A stretch of 64,000 nucleotides of DNA from Rhynchobatus australiae (taxonomy: Eukaryota). Below are positions 37,420-50,347 of this stretch, one piece after another (the stretch's first letter is position 1; each line of letters starts with the position of its first letter). The stretch spans positions 19,897,717 through 19,961,716 of the forward strand of contig JAUZTB010000076.1 in assembly GCA_034780895.1 (NCBI GenBank), written 5' to 3'. Made by a program: the position numbers and the translations under genes. The notes under the pieces were generated by a model. That model made no database searches. It was not told where the DNA came from and saw only the letters and a list, made by a program, of their open reading frames with translations.

Positions 37420-37565
37420 GCAACACACAAAAAGCTGTCCAGATGAAGGGTATCGACCTGAAACATCGACTGTCGATTTTCCCTTCATAGATGCTGCCTA
37501 ACCTGCTGAGTTCCTCTAACTTTTAGTGTGTTGCTCCAGATTCTAGCAACTGCAGTCTCCTGTGT
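37420..37565 (+). mobile_element. Short Penelope-associated repeat with hammerhead-like motif
   Basis: CAGATGAAGGGTATCGACCTGAAACATCGACTG...GATGCTGCCTAACCTGCTGAGTTCCTC...GTTGCTCCAGATTCTAGCAACTGCAGTCTC; related copies at ~2475, 28215, 41220, 46980, 48880, 55480-56910, 61320. Confidence 0.7.
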
Positions 37566-39615
37566 AAACCATTCAGTAAAATGGTTTTTAGAAGTGTTAC
37601 CATAATGCAATAACTGTTTACAAGCAAAACTACATAAGATTTTAGTTAATCTGCAAAAACTAAGTCAAATATTTCAACTTCCCGTATACTGATGCTCTTG
37701 GTCATTAAGAATACAGTCAAAATGACAACTATTACAATTACTCATTTAAAAAGACAAATTCATATTTCCTGCCATGAGATAAATATTTCATTGTGAGCTT
37801 TTGGTTGTTGCTGTGGGTGTTGAATATCGTAAATTTTCTCTTTCCATTCAGCAGGTGCTGTCATCTGCTGATTGATGAAAGATGACAAAATAATGGGATC
37901 AATCACTTAAATATTGTGGCTTGGTCAGTGGTTGGGTATTTTGTGGCAAATCTTTGGCTCATCTCCCATTAGCAGTTTCACCATCTGAAAGGTAAAAGTC
38001 ATTGTGATGGAGTATTTTCCTCTTCTACATGACTGTTTCTACAACAATACTCAAGTAGAGTATCCCAAGACAAAGCAGCTTGCTGGATTGATGTCTCATC
38101 CTCCACCCTAAAGATTCACTGCCTCTGCCAGTAGTGCAGCAAGGGTGTGGTGTATCTCATCTAAATGATGTTTCTTAGCCTTTGCCGTACAAAGCTGAGA
38201 TCTGTACCACCTCGAAGAATGAGGGCAGCAGTGTATGTGAAAGCCATGACCTGCAGATTCCTTCCAGACAGCAATTCAGTCTGACTTCTTTCTGCTGGAC
38301 AAAATTCTGAAACTTCCAACTCAACAGCACTGTGGTACCTTCACACAGAGTCCAAGAATTCAGGAAAAAGGCCTCTACTATCATCTTGAGGAGTTATGAA
38401 AGGGAAATCAGCGTTGGCCTTATGACATATCTTGTAAATGAATATAAAAATGTGATTTATGATTTATACATTATTCTGTGATCTTGCCTAAGTGGCCTTT
38501 GGAGCACCTGAAAGAAGTTAGTTAGCTTTTTAATGAAGGGAATGTTATACTTAAGCCATGAATTTGCAGAAGGCACTTGAACCAAGGAGTGCTGGATTCT
38601 CATCATAAACTAATGCTAATGATTCTTCACTTCCCCCACCACCTCCTTCCTACAGCTTGGGGATGCTGAGCCACCTGAAGTATCACTATGGTAACATTGG
38701 CAAATATAATAGAGACCACTAGTTTCATACAACTTAACCTGAACAGGCAACTTATTATAGTAGCAAGTTAAAGCTGTTTTTGCTAGGAAATTGTTCCCTT
38801 AAAGGGTATTGCTCAAACTTACCAGATGAGAGATGGGAAGAGTTCAGTAAACATTATTACAAGAAAAGTAGTATTTTGCTATTGACATCTGGCTTCCCTT
38901 GACAGAGTTCTTAACCTTTATGGCTTGCATGACAAATCTCAGAGGCCTCTGGCTAATGAAGCTTATGATGTTCAAATCCCACCTGCAACAATTAAACATG
39001 TCAGCTTCGAAGAAAGTTGAGAGCAATTGCGATATTAAAATTTGAAGGATCCAAATTAGTGCATTTTAGTCCTTGTAGCATTGTGAAGAGTGACTATTTA
39101 TGAGTTTAGAAGAATGCATAAAGAATATTGGGGAAAATTCAATTGAATTCATATTAACATTTATTGATAAAGATAATGTAAATGTGCCTGTGTTCAGACT
39201 GTTGGCAATTTAAAAGTTAACTATTTATTACACTACACTTTGACTTTACCAAAGTGAAGACATTAAAAAGATCAACTTTCTTATAGATGTACTTCAGTGA
39301 AATTGGGTTTGCAGTCCCATATTGACTTCTATTGTACAAATCATAGCTCTCTTGCTGAACTTTCAACAAGATGTACCTCCATTTATTTGGATATACACAG
39401 TAATGACCTTAAACATTTGGGTAAAGTTGGCGACTACGTCTTGTAGGTCTTCAGTAAAACCACAAGAAATTTGCTAGTATATTACGATGCCATTGACTCC
39501 TGGCCCACTTCTTAAAGAGATTGTTGCGTGAAACCTGGATGTACTTTAATGTTTCAAACACATTTGGAAGCTAAGAGTTATGAATTTACTTGACTAATTA
39601 TTCATATTCCAACAG

Positions 39616-39791
39616 GTTGTCCCTCCAAAAGAATGGAAGCCTTGTAAGAGTTATGATGACATTGACGATCTGGTGATACCAGCCCCTATTCAACAGGTGG
39701 TAACGGGCCAGTCAGGCCTCTTCACACAATACAATATTCAAAAGAAGCCAATCACTGTACGAGAATTTCGAAAAATAGCTAACAGCGACAA
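39616..39791 (+). CDS. KDM4A: KDM4A exon 3
   Basis: cag|GTT...AA|gtaaga, 176 bp; [58 protein letters not shown]. Confidence 0.95.
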
Positions 39792-40699
39792 GTAAGAGAA
39801 TCTCTCTGCATCATCTTTTAGTACAGTGAACTGTTTATAAAACTGGAAACCAGAAATATGATCCAAAAGGTTTACAGTGTTTTTGAAGTTTGTTTCAGTA
39901 TAAATCATATTTGTTCCCAGTATTTTTTTGCTGTTGATTAGTTGGNNNNNNNNNNNNNNNNNNNNNNNNNNNNNNNNNNNNNNNNNNNNNNNNNNNNNNN
40001 NNNNNNNNNNNNNNNNNNNNNNNNNNNNNNNNNNNNNNNNNNNNNNNNNNNNNNNNNNNNNNNNNNNNNNNNNNNNNNNNNNNNNNNNNNNNNNNNNNNN
40101 NNNNNNNNNNNNNNNNNNNNNNNNNNNNNNNNNNNNNNNNNNNNNNNNNNNNNNNNNNNNNNNNNNNNNNNNNNNNNNNNNNNNNNNNNNNNNNNNNNNN
40201 NNNNNNNNNNNNNNNNNNNNNNNNNNNNNNNNNNNNNNNNNNNNNNNNNNNNNNNNNNNNNNNNNNNNNNNNNNNNNNNNNNNNNNNNNNNNNNNNNNNN
40301 NNNNNNNNNNNNNNNNNNNNNNNNNNNNNNNNNNNNNNNNNNNNNNNNNNNNNNNNNNNNNNNNNNNNNNNNNNNNNNNNNNNNNNNNNNNNNNNNNNNN
40401 NNNNNNNNNNNNNNNNNNNNNNNNNNNNNNNNNNNNNNNNNNNNNNNNNNNNNNNNNNNNNNNNNNNNNNNNNNNNNNNNNNNNNNNNNNNNNNNNNNNN
40501 NNNNNNNNNNNNNNNNNNNNNNNNNNNNNNNNNNNNNNNNNNNNNNNNNNNNNNNNNNNNNNNNNNNNNNNNNNNNNNNNNNNNNNNNNNNNNNNNNNNN
40601 NNNNNNNNNNNNNNNNNNNNNNNNNNNNNNNNNNNNNNNNNNNNNNNNNNNNNNNNNNNNNNNNNNNNNNNNNNNNNNNNNNNNNNNNNNNNNNNNNNN

Positions 40700-40925
40700 A
40701 ATGTGCTGGGGGCAGCCTGCAAGTATCACCACTCTTCTGGCGCCAACCTAGCATGCCCACAGCTCCTAACCTGTATGTCTTGGTATTGGTCTTTGGAATG
40801 TGGGAGGAAACTGGAGCGCCCGGAGGAAACCCAGGCAGACACAGGGAGAACTTACAAACTCCTTACAGACAGCGGCGGGAATTGAACCCAGGTCACTGGC
40901 GCTGTAATAGCATTATGCTAACCGC
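40700..40925 (-). mobile_element. tRNA-derived V-SINE, relatively young
   Basis: V-core GGAGGAAACTGGAGCGCCCGGAGGAAACCCA.GCAG and B-box GGAATTGAACCC (reverse GGGTTCAATTCC). Confidence 0.8.
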
Positions 40926-41712
40926 TTGAAAACAGAATAGTTATGGAAGAGAAAATATGTGATCCCCAATTCATGGAGTTCCTGAATTTGCTACTATAAA
41001 CCTTGCGTGTTGAAGGCAAGGCAACTTCCTGCATCTGTCCCTTCCCACTGAATTCTTCCAGCATCTGCAGTCACTTATCACCAATTGAATTAAATCCTGA
41101 GTGTCAAAGCAGTGGATTTAACACTACCTGAATGCAGTGAAGATGCTTTCACAATCTGGGATAATTTGATCCATGATGTTGCTTTATCATTACATGGTCA
41201 AATTAACCCATGGAAAGAGGAGCAAAGTCAGTGTTTTGGGTCAAAGACCCTTTTGTTCCAGCATGAAGTATCATCTCTGTTACTATTTCCATGATGTTCC
41301 CTGACCAACTGTTTCCAGCATTTTCAGTGTTAATTTCAGACTCCCAGCCATGCATTTCTGATCTTCAAATTAACCTATTTTTTTGTGTCTGGTTCAGTGG
41401 CCCTAAATTGCTTCATTATCCTATCTGAAGCTTGCAATTGGCCAGTTGGGCTTTTTAGGATGTTGATTTTGTCTTTTTATAATGGGAGGGGGATTTTATA
41501 ATGATTTTTAATATCAGAATCAAAGTTCAAAATGTGAGAGCAGAAAGAATTTGTCTAGACCTACCAGCACAGCAAAGTTTTATAAACAAATATTAAGATT
41601 GTGCTGTTGCCATTCAGCAATCTAGCTGGCGAAGTATTACTTGGTTCATTAAAAAAAAGAATTGAATTTCTGGTTAGAATTGTTCCCCTAATACACATTT
41701 ACCTTTATTCAG

Positions 41713-41827
41713 ATACTGCACCCCTCGATATACAGACTTCGATGATCTGGAGCGCAAGTATTGGAAAAATCTCACATTCAACCCACCGATCTATGGTGCA
41801 GATGTCAATGGTACATTGTACGATGAG
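41713..41827 (+). CDS. KDM4A: KDM4A exon 4
   Basis: cag|A TAC...GAG|gtgagg, 115 bp; [38 protein letters not shown]. Confidence 0.95.
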
Positions 41828-42922
41828 GTGAGGAGTTGATGAATCAGATTTTTGATTACATTGTGGTTCCTGGGGCCTTTTGGTTTTTGCCTTGTTCAAA
41901 GTGTCATTTTGGGCTACATGCTGAGCATTACAATGTCTGTTAGGTACTTGGAGCTGATGAGAACATCCAGGGCCTGATGAAATGTACCCTCAGGCTGTTA
42001 AGAGAAGCAATGAAGGAAATAGCTGGGATTCTGACAATCAATAGGCTAAGAGTAATAGTTGAATGTTTCAGTGATTGGAGGCTGTTGGCTTGTGGTTCTG
42101 AAAGGCTCTTCATATTATATGCTGATTAATGCAATTTATTTTTAGGAACCATAATTAGAAAGTTTGAAGATGATACAAGAATTGGTTGTTTGAGAGAGAG
42201 AAAACTGCAGCATGTAGGGAGATGCCTATGTTCAGGTCATGTGGTCAGAAAAGTGACAAATGTATTTGTTATGAAATAACTAAGATGATGCTTTTGTTTT
42301 TGAATATTGGGCCAGATCAAGCTGGACCTGGCTGTCACCTTGTATTCAGCTGTTTTTTGGTATGCCCGCAATTGTAGGTGTATGGATTTTGTGGGCACAC
42401 AGTTTATACTGTCGAATGAGGTTTGCAGCAATTGTGGGCAAAAACTATAGCTCTCCCCAAGCTGCCCTGATGGCTTTCTGATTGCCTTTGCTGTCAGGAG
42501 TCTTTTCCAATTTTTCTAAATATCTTTGTTTAGAAATGACTGAAATTTAAATTTACTACATTAAAATGCATTCAACTTAAGTGAATCAACTTTGAAAGAA
42601 ACAAGGCAACAAACCACTTAGATTAGTGAAGGCTGGCAACCCCATTGTAATGAATGGATTTATTTGAAGTGTCAGTTGTTGCTGTGGTATAAATGAGGGG
42701 TAGGATACAAAATGCAGTTGTCCCCTTGGCTCAGTATATTAAGGAACACCTGAACAGAGTGCAGAGGTGTGTTTATCTGACCTCCAGTGTATTCCATACT
42801 TCTATGTTGTGGACTACAGGAGCACAATAATCTGCTCTTTGCAGGGTAGTCTTTAGAATTTTTTCAACCCATTCCTTTCTTTAATTTGAGGAGTGATGCA
42901 GGTTCAAATTGACAGTGCCAGT

Positions 42923-43140
42923 CCTACAATCCATCCCAATTGCTGAATGCTTTTTGTGACCTCATGGAAAGGGATTGAGATTTTAGGAAGTTAAATCAAA
43001 CTTTATCTGCATGTAAATTGGGAATGGGTAAATACTCCTCGCACTCTCTACCTTGTCCTGATTCAGCTCTCAATGCCCTGTTTTCTTCAAGAAGACTGCA
43101 AGTATTTTGAAGCCACGTATAAGCATTTTCAAATACAAGC
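42923..43140 (+). repeat. Direct repeat copy 1 (copy 2 at 44888-45090)
   Basis: CCTACAATCCATCC...GGAAAGGGATTG.GATTTT.GGAAGTTAAATCAAA...TTCAAGAAGAC...TATAAGCATT present in both. Confidence 0.85.
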
Positions 43141-43830
43141 TTTAGACACGTGTGCTGAACTTTTTAATCTTATTTCCTATGCTGGTTGAGACTTGAAGTA
43201 CTATATATGTTGTACTTCTGAGGTTTATTTTTCATAATCTCTGGTGAGAGCAATGGTTTTTTTCTCATTGTGGAAAAATGCCCTTCAAGGTAAGGGATAA
43301 AGGAAGTTGGCTTCTGGATTTTCAATTTGGTAATTGAGATGATATCAGATAATTTGGAGTGGTATTTTGTGTACGTCATTAGTCTGTGGTTTAGTTCTGG
43401 CTAATTAGTATGGTTAATTGACCAGTTGTTGGTCTCTCCCTCCTCGAATGTGAGTGTGTCAGGCCCAGGCCTCCTTATTGAGATCAGTACATGCTGATTA
43501 AAGAATTACAAATATAATGCAGACAAATAATGTTGTGGAGTTTGAGGATTATCATGAGTAAATGATTTTGACATAGTTACTGTGTAACAGTACTTCATGT
43601 TTTTCATGTTGCATCTAATTTTCCAATCCATGTTGTTAGGGTGGGGAATAGAAAAGGATGGTATAATCTTGTGTAGATCTGTCTAGGGAGTCCTGTATTC
43701 TCTCAGGATTCCTATGTTAGTGTGCACCTTTTAGTTTAATTTGTCTGCATTTGAAACAGTTATAACTAGTGTATTTTCCAAGTTGATTTTGTTAAACAAT
43801 ATTTTGCTTTTATGATTTCCTTTTGTTTAG

Positions 43831-43851
43831 GGTGTGAATGAATGGAATATT
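43831..43851 (+). CDS. KDM4A: KDM4A exon 5, visible 5' part only (remainder in gap 43852-44399)
   Basis: Polypyrimidine tract + tag|GGT GTG AAT GAA TGG AAT ATT = GVNEWNI, matching KDM4 xVDEWNI. Confidence 0.85.
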
Positions 43852-44399
43852 NNNNNNNNNNNNNNNNNNNNNNNNNNNNNNNNNNNNNNNNNNNNNNNNN
43901 NNNNNNNNNNNNNNNNNNNNNNNNNNNNNNNNNNNNNNNNNNNNNNNNNNNNNNNNNNNNNNNNNNNNNNNNNNNNNNNNNNNNNNNNNNNNNNNNNNNN
44001 NNNNNNNNNNNNNNNNNNNNNNNNNNNNNNNNNNNNNNNNNNNNNNNNNNNNNNNNNNNNNNNNNNNNNNNNNNNNNNNNNNNNNNNNNNNNNNNNNNNN
44101 NNNNNNNNNNNNNNNNNNNNNNNNNNNNNNNNNNNNNNNNNNNNNNNNNNNNNNNNNNNNNNNNNNNNNNNNNNNNNNNNNNNNNNNNNNNNNNNNNNNN
44201 NNNNNNNNNNNNNNNNNNNNNNNNNNNNNNNNNNNNNNNNNNNNNNNNNNNNNNNNNNNNNNNNNNNNNNNNNNNNNNNNNNNNNNNNNNNNNNNNNNNN
44301 NNNNNNNNNNNNNNNNNNNNNNNNNNNNNNNNNNNNNNNNNNNNNNNNNNNNNNNNNNNNNNNNNNNNNNNNNNNNNNNNNNNNNNNNNNNNNNNNNNN

Positions 44400-44452
44400 T
44401 GTATATATGTGTGTGTGTGTGTTTGTGTGTGTATATATATATATATATATAT
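44400..44452. repeat. Compound (GT)n(AT)n microsatellite at gap edge
   Basis: Directly visible. Confidence 0.95.
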
Positions 44453-44483
44453 AGCAAATCTAATAATTTCTTTATTCTTGTAG

Positions 44484-44533
44484 GTACACTGTTCCTCCAG
44501 AACATGGCAAGCGACTGGAACGCCTGGCTAAAG
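44484..44533 (+). CDS. KDM4A: KDM4A exon 6, JmjC
   Basis: tag|G TAC...AAA G|gtataa, 50 bp; YTVPPEHGKRLERLAK. Confidence 0.94.
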
Positions 44534-44887
44534 GTATAAATTGTTGACTTTATTTTTCATTCTCTAAATTTCTGCTTTGAACAAAAAAAACAACTAACTT
44601 GAGTCAAGGAGATCCAATTGTAAGTAGGTTGGTGCAAGATACAAATATTACAGGTTTTGTTAAATTTCTTTCAAAGGAATTATCTGCTTCCTTGCTGTAA
44701 CAGATAGCAGTAAGATAACATTCTTATTCTTATTACTTTGCCACGCTGAAATGATCACCAGCAGCTCCGTTGAATGGATTAGTGGTGGTGATTTGAATTG
44801 AGATCTAATGAAGCAGGTTGACTCTTAAGAAACCACTATTTTAATTATTACACTGGAATGGAATTGTCTCTTTCACTTGTCTTTTTA

Positions 44888-45090
44888 CCTACAATCCATC
44901 CATCCCAACTGCTTTTTATGACCTTGTGGAAAGGGATTGGGATTTTGGGAAGTTAAATCAAATTTTACCTACGTATAAAATGGAAATGAGTTTTTAAAAA
45001 AACTCCTTTACACTCCCTACTTTGTTCTCATCCTAATTCCCTTCAAGAAGACCATAAATCAACTAATATAAGCATTATCAAACACAACCC
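44888..45090 (+). repeat. Direct repeat copy 2
   Basis: Colinear with 42923-43140. Confidence 0.85.
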
Positions 45091-46860
45091 TGCCTTTTGG
45101 AGTTCTGATATTTCTGGGTGAGTATCTCTGGTGGCAAAAGTGATGGGGACAAAGTGGAGTGGTTGCAGTATGAGTCAGTACTTTTTTTACTCTTCTGAAG
45201 GTGGTGTTGTAGTTACAGTGCGCAGCCTATTTGTCAACTAATTAAGGCTTTAAGACTAAGGGAGTCCTGAGTGTCTTGTTCCTTTTTAAGGGAGTAGGCT
45301 TTGGAAAAATGCAAGTTGCATTTGCACAATATCTAATTGTCCTGGGAGTAGACACTGGGCAATTCTCAATAGAAAAAAGGCTATTGCTTAAAATATTGAA
45401 TGTGCAATTTTCCTGAAAGAGACCAATGAGAACTCATTCTCCAGTTTACTTTGAAGTATTTTGGAAAACAAAGCAATTCACTGATCAGTACAGACTCTCC
45501 ACTTCAGCTCCTAAATCTGAAAAAATATATTCTGCAAAGTGCATTTGATTGGCAGCCCCATTCAACAGCAGCATAGAAACTTAGTGTTTGAAATGCTCTT
45601 GTATTATAAATTACTGTTTAAAGCAATAAAAATTCTTAATTCTGATATTGTGTAATTTAAGACCTTATATACTGAATATGTTAAAAAAATAAAGAGAAAT
45701 ATCAGTAATTTGCAGGTATTTTGTTTCCATTCAGAACTACCTCATTTACATGCTCTCTTTGGTCATTCATGATTAGCTGTTTCCTTAAGTCAGATGTATT
45801 TTTTTTGATAGCAAAGATTCAGGTTTTGTACCTCCCATTTCTTGTCACAAACCAAGGTAGTAGGAAATATGATTGATAAGAATGTTACGTAATATGAAAG
45901 ACATCAAGATTTTAATGGTGTGAGACATTAATTTTACATGCTCATGAGTCATTTTTAAGTCTTGTGTAGCAGAACGCTTACATAATTACATGAAAGAAAT
46001 TAGCCAGCCGTAGTTAAGTGTGCATTTAAATCTTTGCACACTTTGAAATTGTTTGGATTCTCCATGAATTTCACTTTACTGTCCAATGCCATTGTGGAAA
46101 CATTGTCACTGCAAGGCCAGAGGATTTCAGAAAACTTGTTTGAGACTACCACCTTGAATAGAATGCATAATAAAGGAAACATGGCCAATATCATTCATGT
46201 CCCATGGATAGTTATGTTTTTAAAGGTGATGTGATGTATCTCAACCAAATAGATGGCCAAAGTATAGTTGCAACTTAAAAGTAAATACTTTTTACTTTTG
46301 CCAATGCAACATTGAATATCCAAGACTATCAAGATAGCACATGACATTAACATAATCAAACTTGCAATTTAAGTTTACTTTGTGTGTTATTATAAACACT
46401 ATTGGCTGGAGGGTTGAAATTGAGATTGCAAGTAATGGGTTTGGATTCATTTCTGTGCTTGCTGCCTTTTTCATTGCAGTGATTAGGGATTTAGCTATCA
46501 GAGCATGTTTATTGATACTTTTTAAATGTTAATTGGACACACTTGCAACATCTTTTTATTTAAATACAATTTATTCCTGAAGTAACCAGAAAATGAACAA
46601 TAACTATAAATACTATGTTAAACACAGTATTACTGCTTGAAGGTTTATTCTACCTCTTCCTGGGAACGATAGAATTACATTAGTGAAAACCAATGTCAGG
46701 AAATGCTTGTTTTGCATGACTAATCAGTTAATGCTTTCATTGCAGCTAGCCTAAGAAATACTGGAGAGATGAAGTCATTGAGCAAAATTTGCTTTGCTTG
46801 GTTATTGTATGATGGTTTGTAAAATGAATCATTGAAAAATTCCATTTTTGTTTTTAATAG

Positions 46861-46964
46861 GTTTTTTCCCAGGAAGTGCTCAAAGCTGTGAAGCTTTTCT
46901 ACGCCATAAGATGACTCTGATATCCCCTTCTATACTCAAGAAGTACGGAATTCCATTTGACAGG
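46861..46964 (+). CDS. KDM4A: KDM4A exon 7, JmjC
   Basis: tag|GT...AGG|gtacgt, 104 bp; [34 protein letters not shown]. Confidence 0.95.
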
Positions 46965-48121
46965 GTACGTACGTGAAATTGAAAATCAAAGAAACTGCAG
47001 ATGATAGAAATCTAAAACAAAGCCAGAGACATGCTGAGGAGCAAGAGATAGCTGTGGAAGTGAAAGCCCTGACCTGAAATGTTAACTCTGTTTCTCTTCG
47101 TGCAGATGCAGTCCAACCTGCAGAGTGTTTCAAGCACTTTGTTTTTGTTTTGCAGACATGATGTTGGGTAATTGTAAACTATGTTGCAACAATAAAAAAA
47201 CAATAAATTTGATTTTTTTGATTAGGAAATTAATTCTTTTGGTGCAGCAAAATCCTCAAAATACCCAACATACTTTTGTACACAAGGGCATTTGAGAAGT
47301 TGCAAAACTGAGTTTAGCCAACAGAATAGCAGAACTGAACAGATTCATTAGAATTGCTTTCATACATGTGATCATCTCATTCCAGAGATTGGTTAGTGAA
47401 ACAATTGCAGAATAATTGTTCCAAATATTTTATTTTTTTTAAAAAATTCTCGGCTGCCAACTATTGTACCAATTGCTGTATTAATAAAATATCTTTAAAT
47501 AAGTTGGTTATCTGTTTATGAACAAAAAATTCATGAAGGAACTTTGTTTGTATTTTTAAGCTTGCTATGTTGCTGATGCAGTTCCTTTGACTCATTAAAT
47601 CTCTTTTGCCTGAAGTGATGATTCCATTTTGTGCTTTATCCATCAGCAGAGTAATGAAATGTATGTGATCACTTGTTTCTAAGTAGAATATATCAGGATA
47701 TTTAACATTTCTACTTGTATTGACAACACCATTTGGCAGTGTCCAAATTTTATACTGTCTAGTTCTTGTGCATTCTTCAAGTTAGAAACAAGCTCTGGAC
47801 TATAAACTAAATTTAAGATCTGTTATTCTTTTGCTGGTATTGTTAATAGTAATTGTTCACTCTTATTACTATAGACAGGTGAAACTTCAATCATTTTGGT
47901 GCTTTTCAGTAGTGAGGGAGGGTGATGCTGGTGAAGAGGGAAGGAAAAACTATTGACGGAAAAACTGTTTGTTGCCAGCATTTTGTCCACTTTATCCAAT
48001 TGTTCTGTTTAATTATTTTGCTTTAGATTTTTTTCATAATTGGAATTCATCTGGTTACTGACAGTAATGAATTAATTTCAGGAAAATATTTTTGTTTCAA
48101 CTAGTCTTCATTAATTCACAG

Positions 48122-48259
48122 GTGACCCAGGAGGCAGGGGATTTCATGATCACCTTCCCCTATGGTTATCATGCAGGCTTTAATCATGGGTTTAACTGTG
48201 CTGAATCGACAAACTTTGCATCACTTCGATGGATAGAGTATGGGAAGCATGCTGTCCTG
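48122..48259 (+). CDS. KDM4A: KDM4A exon 8, JmjC with distal Fe-binding His
   Basis: cag|GTG...CTG|gtatgt, 138 bp; [46 protein letters not shown]. Confidence 0.96.
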
Positions 48260-49271
48260 GTATGTACTTGTTTTTTTTGTTTCTGGAGGCCAATAATAAA
48301 ATATAATATTTCTGTCAGAGCTTTTGCGTGGGTTAGATCTCAAAGACAAATTAAAATATCATAGTGCAACTGTTAACAAGGTTTGAGTAACTATTAAAGT
48401 GCCCAGTCTTCCACAATTTTTAATATCTTTGGAGTATGAAAGTGGTCATTTATCTGGAATAGAGAATCGCTAAGCATTTCCTTTGGAAAGAATATCTACT
48501 NNNNNNNNNNNNNNNNNNNNNNNNNNNNNNNNNNNNNNNNNNNNNNNNNNNNNNNNNNNNNNNNNNNNNNNNNNNNNNNNNNNNNNNNNNNNNNNNNNNN
48601 CTTTGGAAAGAATATCTACTGTAGTGTATGGAAAAACTAACTTTCACTGTTACTGCTCCTGGATAATCCCACTTTGAAATACAATAGTGAAGTTTAACTG
48701 CCAAATTGCCTATGTCTTTAAAACTACTTCAGTAGTTGTAACTATCAAGTTCTTAAACTTTGGCTTTTTATGATCTTTTTGTGAAGGCATAAGATCAAAT
48801 AGTGTGACCAGCTTATGTAGGTGTAAGTGTACTATTTATCTTATCTCTAAGAAAACAAGAGGTAAAAAAATCCATACGTCAACTGCTGTTGGAAATCTGA
48901 AATAAAAACAATAACTTGAAACACCTGAATCATGCAGCATCTCTGCAAAGAGAAATGGGTAATAGTTTAGAAACCCTTTGTGTAAACTCAGCAAGTATTT
49001 GGTGGAACAATATCAATGAGCCCTTGTACAGCTTGAAAAGGAAAACCAATTCATATTGGGTTCAATGACTAAAACTCCCTGGGAACAAAATGACAAAGTT
49101 TTATTTTCAATTCACTTAACTGCTGTGTCAAACCTTAAATTTTTAAAAATGAGCTTGTAATACAAAAGACTTCAGCTCTTAATTTTTCAATTTGAAGTAA
49201 AATTTAGATGGTGCTGGACAATTTTTGTAAGGAAAGATTTCTAATTGTCATTTTTTTTTTCCCTCCACCAG

Positions 49272-49543
49272 TGCTCATGCAGGAAGGATATGGTAAAAAT
49301 TTCGATGGATGTTTTTGTGCGCAAGTTTCAGCCTGAACGATACAAGTTGTGGAAATTGGGTAAAGATACAACTTTTGTTGACCACACACAAGCCACTCGA
49401 GAAGCAGTTGAATTTTATGAGGAATTAAAGACTGCATCCGTGAAGAGTTTGGAAGACCAGGATGCTGATGCAGCTGAAATAGAAATGAATAAAGCTGAGA
49501 AAAAAGTGTGCACTGCACAAAGAGACATTGCTGAAACCAAAAG
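49272..49543 (+). CDS. KDM4A: KDM4A exon 9
   Basis: cag|TGC...AG|gtaaaa, 272 bp; [32 protein letters not shown]... Confidence 0.93.
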
Positions 49544-50347
49544 GTAAAATTTCTTAAATATTGAACCAATTAAATCTATTATTCTGAGCAGCAATGTCAT
49601 TTACTGTCTCTTTAAATGCATTTAGTGCATTGGGAAGTAGCTGAAGAGAAAAATTAAATCGGAGTTCCCCTGAAGCATAGGCTAAATAAATTGTTATCCC
49701 CACAAATTTCAAAATATTTACCATATTGTGCCTATGGTGCTTCTAAGGAACTGGTAGGATTTAAGATCTCTCTACAGGAATAATACCTCATCTGGTGCAA
49801 TCTTGAAATTATTTCAACACTGCAATTTTAAACAACAGAAAAAATTGTGGGATGGTATGGCAAATGAGAAAAGACACTTTCAGATTGCTGAATACATGGA
49901 AATTTGTCCACATTTTATGTATTAATAATCTTATTTTCTTTTATATAGTAGCCATCCAGGAATAAGTCATCCATAGCAATAACTATATTCTTAAAATGCT
50001 CATTCAAGTTGTATTGTTTTTGAAGGATTGAGAGAATGTTGCCAAGTCTATTATTTAATTCTGCTTGCCATTATTAGTGCAGATTTGGTAATAACCATAA
50101 AATGTGATATCAGAATTTTTGGGCTTTGCTTCCTTCTGGGTAAAATCCCTGATTCAAACAGTTAGAAAATCCCTTTATTCATCTCAATGGAAAGAGCAGG
50201 TAACACACAAATGGGTCAAAAAGTATGGGAAGGGAAAAAAGTGAGGAAATGTTACTTAGTGGAGAGCTGCTTTTTGCTTTCATTCATGAGAGAGATTTTC
50301 AGAGTGGCTATTTTTTTTGCATAATAAGCACAATTTTTTGTTGCCAG

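Noticed and set aside
39738-40929. Long ORFs spanning N-runs (also 9052-9457, 43810-44539, 57347-57742)
   Set aside because: Their length comes from untranslatable Ns
48481-48620. Identical 20-mer CTTTGGAAAGAATATCTACT on both sides of a 100-N gap (similarly GGCTCGGTAT at 3026/3136 and TATGAGCA at ~12479/12587)
   Set aside because: Typical unmerged contig overlap at placeholder gaps; not a CRISPR-like repeat or a TSD
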